A DNA stretch of 64,000 nt from Bdellovibrionota bacterium (GTDB taxonomy: Bacteria; Bdellovibrionota_G; JALEGL01; DATDPG01): the NCBI GenBank assembly GCA_963668355.1, contig OY764265.1, positions 2,336,001 through 2,400,000 of the forward strand. The letters are read 5' to 3'. The position numbers and the translations under genes were made by a program. Each line of letters opens with the position of its first letter. Within the stretch, counting starts at the first letter, position 1. This document shows positions 10,347 to 19,361 of the stretch, piece by piece. Below the pieces are notes generated by a model, which had not been told where the DNA came from, made no database searches, and was given only the letters and a program-made list of their open reading frames with translations.

Positions 10347-11681
10347 ATGTCACGCAAGCTATATATGGAGACCTACGGTTGTCAGATGAATGATTACGAG
10401 TCGGATCGTACGTATCGCTTGCTTCATGGGACGCAAGGCTACGAGTGGACGGATCAGCCTGAAGAGGCCGACTTGGTTTTGTTCAATACCTGCAGCATTC
10501 GGGAAAAAGCGGATCAAAAGGCGCTTTCTTCTCTGGGGCGATTCAAGCAACTCAAGCTTAAAAAACCTGAAATGGTGGTTGCGTTTGGGGGCTGTTTGGC
10601 TCAATCCCAAGGAAATGAAATTCGTGAGAAATTTCCATATGTTGACTTGGTGTTTGGAACCCATCAGTGGAACTCTCTTCCCAAGCTTATTGAGCAGGCT
10701 CGTTTGCACCGAAACCGAATGCTGGAACTGGGATTCTATGGATGGCAGGACTTTGGATTCATGCCTCATCACGACTCGTCTTTAAAATATCCGGTGTCGG
10801 ATGTGGTCACTGTTCAAAATGGTTGCGATAAGTTTTGTACGTATTGTGTGGTTCCCTTTACGCGAGGCCGACAAATCAGCCGCCCGCCGGCGGAGGTGCT
10901 TCAGGAAGTTCAAGCCTTGGTTGACCATGGGGTAAAGGAAATCACTCTTTTGGGGCAAAACGTGAACGCTTACGGAAATGATCGAAGTTCGGAGACCTCG
11001 TTTGTGGACCTTCTCAAAAGGGTGGGCGAGGTGAAAGGCCTAAAAAGGCTTCGATTCATGACGTCCTATCCCACGGAGTTGACGCCCGAAATGGTGGATG
11101 AAATGGCTCAAAATCCGGTGATTTGTGAGCACCTTCACTTCCCACTTCAAAGTGGTTCGGATCGAATCTTGCGCAAAATGCGACGAGATCATAGCGTCAA
11201 GCAATATCGAGAAATTATAAGATATCTAACTGAAAAAATAGATAATATTTCAATTACAACGGATATGATTATCGGTTTTCCCTCCGAGTCTGAAGAAGAC
11301 TTTGATGCCACCTTGAAGGCTTTGGAGGAGTTTCGGTTTGATGATAGTTTTTCCTTCGTTTTTTCTCCGAGACCTCATACCAAAGCGGAGAAGTGGCCCT
11401 CTGAGTTTGTGGATGGGGAGGTTTCCAGGAAACGTCTGGAGGTCTATCAAAAGCGGCAAAATGAGATCAAAATCGAAAAAAACCGAGAGGTTTTGGGAAA
11501 AGAAGTGGAGGTTTTGATTGAAGGAGAATCAAAACGGGGGGAGGGACGTCTTTTTGGCAAGACGAGAACCTTTAAAACAGTTAATTTTAAAGGACCGAAA
11601 TCCTGGATTGGAATGGAAAAAAAGGTGCGTGTTAAAGAGGTTTTGCATCACACGCTGAGAGGAGAAGCCATTGTTGACTGA
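10347..11681 (+). CDS. miaB: tRNA-i6A37 methylthiotransferase MiaB
   Basis: ETYGCQMN; NTCSIREKA; GCDKFCTYC; LLGQNVNAY; QSGSD; C-terminal TRAM domain. Confidence 0.95.
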   Translation: MSRKLYMETYGCQMNDYESDRTYRLLHGTQGYEWTDQPEEADLVLFNTCSIREKADQKALSSLGRFKQLKLKKPEMVVAFGGCLAQSQGNEIREKFPYVDLVFGTHQWNSLPKLIEQARLHRNRMLELGFYGWQDFGFMPHHDSSLKYPVSDVVTVQNGCDKFCTYCVVPFTRGRQISRPPAEVLQEVQALVDHGVKEITLLGQNVNAYGNDRSSETSFVDLLKRVGEVKGLKRLRFMTSYPTELTPEMVDEMAQNPVICEHLHFPLQSGSDRILRKMRRDHSVKQYREIIRYLTEKIDNISITTDMIIGFPSESEEDFDATLKALEEFRFDDSFSFVFSPRPHTKAEKWPSEFVDGEVSRKRLEVYQKRQNEIKIEKNREVLGKEVEVLIEGESKRGEGRLFGKTRTFKTVNFKGPKSWIGMEKKVRVKEVLHHTLRGEAIVD

Positions 11682-12189
11682 GATGATTGTGACGGGTCTT
11701 GCTGTCGATGGAGAGACGAATGCGCCTTATGTGGTTTTGGAGACGAAAAACGGACAGGCTTCATTTCCCATTTGGATCGGCGTTTTTGAAGCCAGTGCCA
11801 TTGCCATGAAACTTGAGGGACTGGCCGTTGCCCGTCCGCTGACGCACGATCTGGGGGCAGAACTTCTTCGTTCCCTGGGAGGAGAGCTGGTCCGCATTGA
11901 GATTGTGGATTTGAAAGAAAACACCTATTACGCCCATCTCATGGTGAAGGCCAAAGATGGGAAGGTGGCTCGAATTGATTCCAGGCCCTCTGATGCCATT
12001 GCTTTGGCTCTTCGATGTGATGCGGCCATCATGGTTGAGGATAAGGTGATTGAAAAGTCTGGGCGTGCTGAACGAACGGGGAAGTGGAGAAAAGCCCAGA
12101 CCGGGGGCGGACCCGAGCCAAAGAAGCCGGATTGGAAAGAGGTTCTCCAAAATCTTTCGGACGAGGCCTTTGGCAAATACAAAATGTAG
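11671..12189 (+). CDS. Bifunctional nuclease family (DUF151) protein
   Basis: PIWIGVFEA; RPLTHDL; DSRPSDAIALA. Confidence 0.92.
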   Translation: MLTEMIVTGLAVDGETNAPYVVLETKNGQASFPIWIGVFEASAIAMKLEGLAVARPLTHDLGAELLRSLGGELVRIEIVDLKENTYYAHLMVKAKDGKVARIDSRPSDAIALALRCDAAIMVEDKVIEKSGRAERTGKWRKAQTGGGPEPKKPDWKEVLQNLSDEAFGKYKM

Positions 12190-12198
12190 GTAGATTTC

Positions 12199-12705
12199 AT
12201 GAATATTGTGAGCGTGCGTGGGCAGGAACCCAGATGGGCCTCTTCGGTGTTTTTGGCCGAAGGAATCACCTTGGTTGGAAACGTGGAAATTGGAGAAGAT
12301 GCCAATATTTGGTTTGGAAGTGTGCTTCGCGGCGATGTTCATTCCATACGGATTGGCCAAAGAACCAATATTCAAGACTTGACCATGGTGCATGTGACCG
12401 AGGGTACAGCTTCAACCTTTGTAGGAAGTGACGTTACGGTGGGGCATCGGGTCATCCTGCATGGATGTTCAATTTCTGACCGTGTCTTGGTGGGTATGGG
12501 GGCCATTCTTTTAGATGGTGTCGAAGTGGAGAGCGATAGTATGATCGCGGCCGGATCTCTCCTGACTCCTGGAACGAAAGTCCCTTCTGGAGTGATGATG
12601 ATGGGAGCCCCAGCCAAGGTGAAACGAGAGTTGACCGCAGAAGAGATTCAAGGCATCAGAGAATCGGCAAAGCACTATGTGGATTTGTCCAAAGAGTACA
12701 TGTAA
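12199..12705 (+). CDS. Gamma carbonic anhydrase family protein
   Basis: Hexapeptide repeats; LRGDV; NIQD; HVT; GHRVILHGC. Confidence 0.92.
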   Translation: MNIVSVRGQEPRWASSVFLAEGITLVGNVEIGEDANIWFGSVLRGDVHSIRIGQRTNIQDLTMVHVTEGTASTFVGSDVTVGHRVILHGCSISDRVLVGMGAILLDGVEVESDSMIAAGSLLTPGTKVPSGVMMMGAPAKVKRELTAEEIQGIRESAKHYVDLSKEYM

Positions 12706-13154
12706 TGGCGAAGATCAGAGGACTTAAGAAGTGTAAATTGTTTGGCGATATGAATTATCGCGAGCTGGCCATATTGGCCCCTTTTGTCACGGAAGCCGAA
12801 GCGTTGCCGGAGGTTCAGGTGGTGGCAGAAGGAGAGCCCACCCAAGGACTCATCATTATTAAACAGGGGACCTTGCGTCTGGCGTGTAAGGATGTCGAAG
12901 GTTCTTATGTAGATTTGGGTCCGGGAGATTTCTTTGGAGAATTAAGTCTTTTGGATGGGGGAAACTCCCGAGCCGTACAAGCGATGGCCACGGAGCCTTG
13001 TTCCTATTTGCAAATGACCCCCAAGGCGTTTAGCGAACTTCGTGAGCGACACCCAGAAATTGCTGGAAAAATGGCCATTCAAGCAGCTGAAAATACAGCA
13101 GAAAACGTAAAACAAGCTCAGGAAGAAATTAAACGTCTTCTTAAAACGGCTTAG
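12705..13154 (+). CDS. Stand-alone cyclic nucleotide-binding domain protein
   Basis: LGPGDFFGELSLLDG...RAV; no HTH. Confidence 0.85.
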   Translation: MAKIRGLKKCKLFGDMNYRELAILAPFVTEAEALPEVQVVAEGEPTQGLIIIKQGTLRLACKDVEGSYVDLGPGDFFGELSLLDGGNSRAVQAMATEPCSYLQMTPKAFSELRERHPEIAGKMAIQAAENTAENVKQAQEEIKRLLKTA

Positions 13155-13189
13155 AATTGCGGAAAAAAATCTTAGCCTCTTGAGTCTCG

Positions 13190-13218
13190 TTGACCGGGGA
13201 GAGGGCCTACGCTATAAA
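13190..13218 (+). promoter_or_regulatory. Sigma70-type promoter
   Basis: TTGACC-N17-TATAAA upstream of SD AAGGAG and ATG 13251. Confidence 0.55.
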
Positions 13219-13250
13219 TGCTTCCCACCAACTCTTACAAGGAGCGCTTC

Positions 13251-14315
13251 ATGTCTAAGCACGTCGTCCACGTCGTTGGAACCGGAACCATCGGTGAACC
13301 TTTAGTCGGACTTTTGACGGATTTTCGAAAAGATCTGGGGATTGATGAGGTGACGTTTTCCAAAAAACAAGCCTTGATGCACGATCGCTCCAAGGTCTGG
13401 GCCCTTTTGAAAAGGGGAGCCAAATTCGCTTGCGATCCCGAAATGATCGAATCGTTCAAAGAAATTGGCGTGGAAACCAATTATACGTTTGATGAGGCCT
13501 TGGCGCAGGCTTCTGTGGTGATCGATTGCACGCCCGTTGGAAATCGGATGAAAGACGAGTTGTATAAAAAGTATGAATCCACGACCCGTGGCTTTATTGC
13601 ACAAGGAAGTGAATTCGGTTTTGGAAAACCTTATGCACGGGGAATTAATGATGAGGCCCTAACCCCAGACGATCAGTATATCCAGGTCGTAAGTTGCAAT
13701 ACGCATAATTTATCCGTCTTGATCAAAACACTTGGCTTGGATGGCGGGAAGGACCCTCAAGGATTGAAAGAGTCTCATTTTGTCTGTTGCCGAAGAGCCA
13801 ACGATATCAGCCAAGATAGTGGATTCTGTCCTGGGCCGTCCGTCAATGCGCACAAGTACGAGAGGTTTGGGACGCATCATGCGAGAGATGCTCACAAACT
13901 GTTTGAGACGTTGGGCGTGGATGTGAACGTCTTTTCCTCCGCCATGAAGTTCAATTCCCAATACATGCACACCATTTGGTTCCATATTGTCCGAAATCGC
14001 CCCATCACGAAAGATGAGGTAATTGAACGACTCAAAGCCGATGATCGGATTGCGCTCACGCATAAGACCAGCTCCAATAAAGTCTTCAGTTTTGGAAGGG
14101 ATCATGGGCATTTTGGTCGAATTTTGAACCAAACCGTCGTGGTGGAGTCGAGTTTGGAGGTGATCAATGATCGTGAAATCCTGGGTTGGTGTTTCACACC
14201 CCAAGATGGAAACTCTCTTTTGTCCTCTTTGGCAGCCACCGAATTCTTTCTTCATGGAAATGAATATGATCATAATATTCAGTGCTTAGGTCGTTACTTC
14301 TTCAATGAGGTTTAG
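13251..14315 (+). CDS. Archaeal-type (class II) glyceraldehyde-3-phosphate dehydrogenase-like protein
   Basis: Rossmann GTGTIG; VVIDCTP; catalytic VVSCNTH; RRAND; THH; YMH. These are collinear with class II GAPDH motifs (GYGTIG, VVSCNTT, RRAAD, SHH, LMH). Confidence 0.75.
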   Translation: MSKHVVHVVGTGTIGEPLVGLLTDFRKDLGIDEVTFSKKQALMHDRSKVWALLKRGAKFACDPEMIESFKEIGVETNYTFDEALAQASVVIDCTPVGNRMKDELYKKYESTTRGFIAQGSEFGFGKPYARGINDEALTPDDQYIQVVSCNTHNLSVLIKTLGLDGGKDPQGLKESHFVCCRRANDISQDSGFCPGPSVNAHKYERFGTHHARDAHKLFETLGVDVNVFSSAMKFNSQYMHTIWFHIVRNRPITKDEVIERLKADDRIALTHKTSSNKVFSFGRDHGHFGRILNQTVVVESSLEVINDREILGWCFTPQDGNSLLSSLAATEFFLHGNEYDHNIQCLGRYFFNEV

Positions 14316-14394
14316 TAAATAGAGCTTGACGAATTGTCAGAAAAGTGTTAAAAACCCGACACTTAAACACGTAATTCCAACAAAGAAGAGGTAG

Positions 14395-14577
14395 ATGAAG
14401 ATGCAGACGACAGAAACTCGCCCGTACTCGATGGACCAACGGTATCAAATTGGTGAAGTCATTGAACATCCTTTTTTTGGCAAGGGTCAAGTCATTGCGA
14501 ATTTGAGAAAAGGGAAAATCGAAGTGGATTTTGAGAAAGCGGGCGTCCGGACTCTGGTTTCGAATTATCGAGCCTAG
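14395..14577 (+). CDS. Small DUF3553/Tudor-like protein
   Basis: GEVIEHPFFGKGQV...KIEVDFEKAG; SD GAGG; own promoter-like TTGACG-N17-TAAAAA. Confidence 0.7.
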   Translation: MKMQTTETRPYSMDQRYQIGEVIEHPFFGKGQVIANLRKGKIEVDFEKAGVRTLVSNYRA

Positions 14578-14603
14578 AACCGACGGTTTTTTTGAAAGTT
14601 TAC

Positions 14604-14638
14604 AAAGGCCGTGCTTTATTTTGAAGCACGGCCTTTTT
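14604..14638 (+). terminator. Rho-independent terminator
   Basis: 13-bp inverted repeat AAAGGCCGTGCTT/AAGCACGGCCTTT ending in a T run. Confidence 0.8.
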
Positions 14639-14661
14639 CTATGTTCGAATTGGAGGAAAAT

Positions 14662-15213
14662 ATGAATAAAGTTAACGTGTTGGTTCCTTTGGCAGAGGGT
14701 TTTGAAGAGGTGGAAGCCATGACCATCGTGGATCTATTGCGGCGAGCGGAAATTGACGTCACGACCGCCAATGTCACGGGGGGAGAATGGGTAAAAGGCG
14801 CTCATGGGGTTCCGCTTAAGGCCGATTGTTCGATTTCGGATGTTCGCAGCGAACGGTATGAGGCCATTGTCTTGCCGGGAGGCATGCCGGGAGCCTCCCA
14901 CTTAGCCGAGAGTGAGGAAGTTGCGACATTATTAAAGGACCATTTCGAACGGGGTAAGAACGTTGCGGCGATTTGTGCGGCTCCCATGGTTCTTGCGAAA
15001 CATGGCTTGCTTCAAGGCAAAAAAGCGACGTGTTACCCGGGATTTGAGGAAAAGCTTAGTGGAGCTGAACCTCAAACGGGCAATGTCGTTCAGGATGGAA
15101 CGATTACCACCAGTCGAGGTCCGGCGACGGCCATTCCTTTCGCCTTGAGTTTGATTGCGACGTTGATGAGTCCGGAAAAGGCCCGAGAAGTTCAGGAAGG
15201 ACTTCTCGCTTAA
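14662..15213 (+). CDS. DJ-1/YajL/ThiJ family protein
   Basis: GFEEVE; LPGGMPG; AAICAAP; TSRGP; SD GGAGG. Confidence 0.92.
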   Translation: MNKVNVLVPLAEGFEEVEAMTIVDLLRRAEIDVTTANVTGGEWVKGAHGVPLKADCSISDVRSERYEAIVLPGGMPGASHLAESEEVATLLKDHFERGKNVAAICAAPMVLAKHGLLQGKKATCYPGFEEKLSGAEPQTGNVVQDGTITTSRGPATAIPFALSLIATLMSPEKAREVQEGLLA

Positions 15214-15216
15214 ACG

Positions 15217-17295
15217 CTATTTCCCCTCAAATTCTTGTGAGGTAACGGCCCCGATGCGGACCTCGGATAGGTCCTCGAATGGTCTCGTATTGTCTTTGGC
15301 CAAGGGAACGCCTCGAGTCATGAGTTCTCCCCATTTTTGAGGATATCGAGGTTTTTGGTCCGGGTTGACCAGTCCTTGTGGAATGAGAGGGTATCCTTGG
15401 TCGTCAAATTTATCAGAGGCTCCCATCACATGACCGATTTCATGAGCCAATCGAACATCCAAGAGAGGTTTTTTTATGAGGAGGGACGGAACGAAAAGAA
15501 TCCCTTCGCCGCTCGGCCGCGTTTCTTGGAAATCGATGGGGTATCTTGGGGGTTCGGTTGGGGTTTTGGGGTAGATATGAAGGAATAATCGTCCATGAGC
15601 GTTTTGTGGACGAGTCTCAGGTAAGGCGAAGTAACTTCGAATATTTTCAAAAGGCAATTTTGGACGAAAGAGTGTGCCATGCCAGGTTTGGGCGGGGGTT
15701 CCTTCTCTCCAAGACGTTAAGTTCAATCGGATATCAAACCCTTGTGACGAAAAAAAAGCTTCGACTCTTCGCAGCGCAAGTTCTAATGGTTCGGGAGAAA
15801 CATCCACTCCCTGCTCTAACGTGACGAAGAGTTGTACGGATTGAATGGGAACCCAAGCCGCCTTTGGGGAGTTCGCCTGGAAGATCCAAAAAAGGAACAA
15901 AACCAAACCGAGGCCCAAAAGAATGGGGGGTACCCTGGATTTCCATCTTTTGAGGGTTCTTCGAGAAGCGGGTGTATGGGAATCCGATAAAGAAGGTTTT
16001 GCGTATGCGTCCAAAGGTTCGGAAGGAAGTTCAGAGTTAGGCCTTGGGGCGGAAGGAGGGACATCTCCTTGAAGGGGAATATCGTCTGGCGGCGTTTCGT
16101 CGGGGGTCTTAGCGACTTCTTCGATGACGGGACGAGGTCGTTGAGACTCAGAGGTTGATACCTCTTTTTTGATCAGGGGGATCGAGGCCAAAGCATTTCC
16201 ATTGGAGGGATTGGAGACGTCTTTATTTTGGGGAAAAGAGACATTGGTGGTTTCTTGAGAGAGTGTGTTTTTGGACACAAATTCCGTTTTTTCAATGGAG
16301 GGCATGTCTTCCTGAGCGTGCACCGATAAACCGGTGTCTTCCTCCTGGAAGGCGGACAGATCGGGTGCAGAGGCCTTTCTCTTTTCGTTTTCGGCCATGG
16401 ATTCCGGGAAGAGTTCGAAAAGGAGGCGTGCGAAATCCTTCTGCGTAGAAGGAATTTCGATTTTCGGTAGGCGATCCATAAACGCTTTAGCACTTTGAGG
16501 GCGGTCACTTTTTGTTTTGGCCAGTGTTTCTTGCAAAAGATTTTTTAGTTCAGGATGCGCTGAAAATACGGGATCCGAGAAACTCGGTTCTTCGTAAAGA
16601 ATCAACTCTTGAATTTCAATGGAACTTGATGCGATGAGAGGTTTTCGCCCGGTCAACCCTTCGTAAAGAATAACCCCCAAAGAGTAGAGATCGGATAAGG
16701 CATCGCAGTCCTCTCCCGCCATCTGTTCAGGCGCAAGGTAGGGTAGTTTTCCAAAAACCACGCCCTCCACGCCACGTTTATGTCGTCCCCCGGCTGAGGC
16801 AATTCCGAAATCCGTTAATTTGCTTTCTCCGGTAGAAGAGAGAAGGATGTTTCCGGGTGTTACGTCTTGGTGCACAATCTTCAAAGGTCGCCCGGACGCG
16901 TCTGTGGAATGGTGTGCGTATTCAAGGGCCTCAGCAATTTGGTGAACTATGAGAATCATGACATCAACGGGAAGTTCCAATCGACGCCCTTGAATCTCTT
17001 TCAGGAATTGTTGCAGTGAAACGCCATCGACCCACTCCATGGAAACGTAGAAGTCAGACCCTGCGATTCCGGCATCATACGTTTGGACGATGCAAGGGTG
17101 TTCCAGCAGCGTGGTGATCTTGGCCTCCGAGAGGAGTCCGTTGACAAAAGATTTCAAGGAGCTGAATTCGGGCAATAGTTTCTTGATGGCGACCAGCTCA
17201 TCTCGATCCCAAGCTAGAAAAACCTCAGCCATACCTCCTTGGCCCAGGCGATCGAGCAATACAAAGCGACCAAATTTTTGCCGTTCAAAATTCAT
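15217..17295 (-). CDS. Transmembrane Hanks-type Ser/Thr kinase with C-terminal zinc-metallopeptidase-like domain
   Basis: LGQGGMAEV; VAIKK; HQDVTPGN; DFG; YLAPEQ; DLYSLG; Pro-rich linker; TM (ILLGLGLVLFLFWIF); HEIGHVMGASD and GELM. Confidence 0.88.
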   Translation of the reverse strand: MNFERQKFGRFVLLDRLGQGGMAEVFLAWDRDELVAIKKLLPEFSSLKSFVNGLLSEAKITTLLEHPCIVQTYDAGIAGSDFYVSMEWVDGVSLQQFLKEIQGRRLELPVDVMILIVHQIAEALEYAHHSTDASGRPLKIVHQDVTPGNILLSSTGESKLTDFGIASAGGRHKRGVEGVVFGKLPYLAPEQMAGEDCDALSDLYSLGVILYEGLTGRKPLIASSSIEIQELILYEEPSFSDPVFSAHPELKNLLQETLAKTKSDRPQSAKAFMDRLPKIEIPSTQKDFARLLFELFPESMAENEKRKASAPDLSAFQEEDTGLSVHAQEDMPSIEKTEFVSKNTLSQETTNVSFPQNKDVSNPSNGNALASIPLIKKEVSTSESQRPRPVIEEVAKTPDETPPDDIPLQGDVPPSAPRPNSELPSEPLDAYAKPSLSDSHTPASRRTLKRWKSRVPPILLGLGLVLFLFWIFQANSPKAAWVPIQSVQLFVTLEQGVDVSPEPLELALRRVEAFFSSQGFDIRLNLTSWREGTPAQTWHGTLFRPKLPFENIRSYFALPETRPQNAHGRLFLHIYPKTPTEPPRYPIDFQETRPSGEGILFVPSLLIKKPLLDVRLAHEIGHVMGASDKFDDQGYPLIPQGLVNPDQKPRYPQKWGELMTRGVPLAKDNTRPFEDLSEVRIGAVTSQEFEGK

Positions 17296-17304
17296 TTCCG
17301 CAGA

Positions 17305-18408
17305 TTATAACTCCGGAAACAAAAAAGGCTTGGGATCAATTTCACAAGACAATTTGGGTTTTTGTTCCGACCCTCTCACGTTCAAGACCAACTCTTCTCC
17401 CGTGACATCCAATAAGTGAATGGAAAGCGCAAAGCCCAAAATACTGTTTAACCCCGCAGAACGAGAAGCCTCCCGGCGGTATTGAAGGAGCGTTTTGGCT
17501 AAAGGCTCGTAGGGTTCAAAGGGTTTTTTGGGATCTTGAAGATGAGCTTGGTACCAGTCCAAGTGAAATTGAACCGTCAGACGAACTTCCCCCACCATAC
17601 AACCTTCGTTGCATCCAATGGTTAAGTCTGAAAATTGTTGGGTGACTTCTCCCACAGACTTGTTCAGGTAAGGGCGTTGAGCCACCTCTTCAAATCGAGG
17701 ATAGAGATACTCGGGTACATTTTCCAATCTCATCCGGATGAGATTGCGATTCCCAATTCCCCCGGCGGATTCTTGAAGCAGTCTTGCTTGCTGACATTGA
17801 TGAAAAATTCGGTTTCCAGGAATGCTTTCGTCGCTGGAACGATAATTATAGTCGCGAAGCAGATCCAAGAGTTCGGGGCATCTCTTCTCACGCACAAGAC
17901 GTTCGGAGAACTTGATGACGTCAAAGGATGAACATGGGCTCGTATCCGGAAGCGTTTCCTTGATCCAAGAAACGAGTTTTTTTCGGATGGAGGTCTCTTG
18001 ATTTCGGGGAAGGGCCAGGTCTCGAAATATTTTTCCTTCCTGAACTTGAATGAGGGTTCCAGATACGAAACCGTTGGGTCTTCCCGTAGGATGGAAGATG
18101 TTGAGCGCCCAAGGGGTTTGGTGTTGGGCGGCCAAGAGTTCCACTTGCTGATGTGATTTTTGACGCGTCATGGGAAGAAGAAGTACGGAGAGAGAGGTCT
18201 CTCGTTCAATGGCCTTCTTAAGTCCTTCTAAGGCATGAAGCGGGGAGTCTTTCTCCTGTGTGGATAGTGTTTTGGGTGCCGCGTAGATGGCCAACGTACA
18301 GGCGGTGGAGTTTGAGGCGGGAGTGGGGGGTGGTGTTTTTGAACACGAAAAGGTAAAAAGCCCCAAGACGAGAAAGAAAGCCAAGTTGCGGCCCGTTTGT
18401 AAGATCAT
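17305..18408 (-). CDS. Hypothetical lipoprotein
   Basis: Signal peptide ending in a lipobox-like FTFSC; long ORF ending 9 bp before the kinase start. Confidence 0.65.
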   Translation of the reverse strand: MILQTGRNLAFFLVLGLFTFSCSKTPPPTPASNSTACTLAIYAAPKTLSTQEKDSPLHALEGLKKAIERETSLSVLLLPMTRQKSHQQVELLAAQHQTPWALNIFHPTGRPNGFVSGTLIQVQEGKIFRDLALPRNQETSIRKKLVSWIKETLPDTSPCSSFDVIKFSERLVREKRCPELLDLLRDYNYRSSDESIPGNRIFHQCQQARLLQESAGGIGNRNLIRMRLENVPEYLYPRFEEVAQRPYLNKSVGEVTQQFSDLTIGCNEGCMVGEVRLTVQFHLDWYQAHLQDPKKPFEPYEPLAKTLLQYRREASRSAGLNSILGFALSIHLLDVTGEELVLNVRGSEQKPKLSCEIDPKPFLFPEL

Positions 18409-18449
18409 GGTTCGAATCTCCCTATTATATATCCAGTTTGGCGAATTGC

Positions 18450-18477
18450 TTGACACACCAACATCCACTCTTATAGT
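18450..18477 (+). promoter_or_regulatory. Sigma70-type promoter of the nuo operon
   Basis: TTGACA-N16-TATAGT, 24 bp upstream of nuoA. Confidence 0.6.
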
Positions 18478-18501
18478 AACGCCTCAATAATAAAGGGAAA
18501 A

Positions 18502-18873
18502 ATGTTAATTTCATACCTACCCATACTGATCTTATTGGCTGTGGCGGTGGCTGTGCCGGTGGGGCTCATTTTCGGAACTTCCCTAGCGGGTCCCAAGGTG
18601 AGCCTAGATCAAAAGAAAACACCCTATGAATGTGGGGTGATTCCGGTGGGGTCTGCCCGTGAGAGGTTCCCCGTGAAGTTCTACCGAGTCGGATTGCTAT
18701 TTTTGCTTTTTGACGTTGAAGCGGCTTTTTTGTTTCCCTGGGCCGTGTTGTATCGGCCGAAACTCGCGGAATGGGGGTTTGAATTCTTGTTCTTCGAACT
18801 GGCTCTCTTTTTGTTGGTTCTGGTGATTGGCTTTGTCTACGCCTGGAAAAAGGGGGCCTTGGAATGGGATTAG
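18502..18873 (+). CDS. nuoA: NADH-quinone oxidoreductase subunit A
   Basis: PYECG; FLLFDVE; WKKGALEW. Confidence 0.96.
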   Translation: MLISYLPILILLAVAVAVPVGLIFGTSLAGPKVSLDQKKTPYECGVIPVGSARERFPVKFYRVGLLFLLFDVEAAFLFPWAVLYRPKLAEWGFEFLFFELALFLLVLVIGFVYAWKKGALEWD

Positions 18874-19361
18874 CCAAGTTTTCCTGGTCAACTCCTTTGA
18901 TCCAACAACTCAACACGGACCTCAAAACGCGGATTTTGGATTCGGGTGTGGAGCATGGAGAGGTTTGGGTCACCATTCGTGGGAAGGATTTGAAATCTGT
19001 TGTGGAACATCTTCGAGAGACGCCCGACTTTGCGTTTGATTCTTTGGTGGATATTTGTGGAGTGGACTGCTTAGGTCGCTCGCCTAGATTCGAGTCGGTG
19101 GTTCATCTTTACTCATCGGAGAAGAAAATTCGCATTCGCATTCATTGTCTCGTTCCTGATGAAAGCATGACCCTTCCTTCCTTAACGTCCTTTTGGAAGG
19201 GGGCAAATTGGCATGAACGAGAATCCTTCGATCAATATGGCATTCGGTATGAGGGACACCCAAATTTGAAGAAAATTCTCAATGCACCCAGCGAAAAAGG
19301 ATATCCCCAGCGAAAGGACTATGCGCTCAGAGGTGATCGAGAGGAAGACGAAGAACTATGA
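18864..19361 (+). CDS. nuoC: NADH-quinone oxidoreductase subunit C
   Basis: ANWHERE; GHPNL; PQRKDY. Confidence 0.92.
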   Translation: MGLAKFSWSTPLIQQLNTDLKTRILDSGVEHGEVWVTIRGKDLKSVVEHLRETPDFAFDSLVDICGVDCLGRSPRFESVVHLYSSEKKIRIRIHCLVPDESMTLPSLTSFWKGANWHERESFDQYGIRYEGHPNLKKILNAPSEKGYPQRKDYALRGDREEDEEL

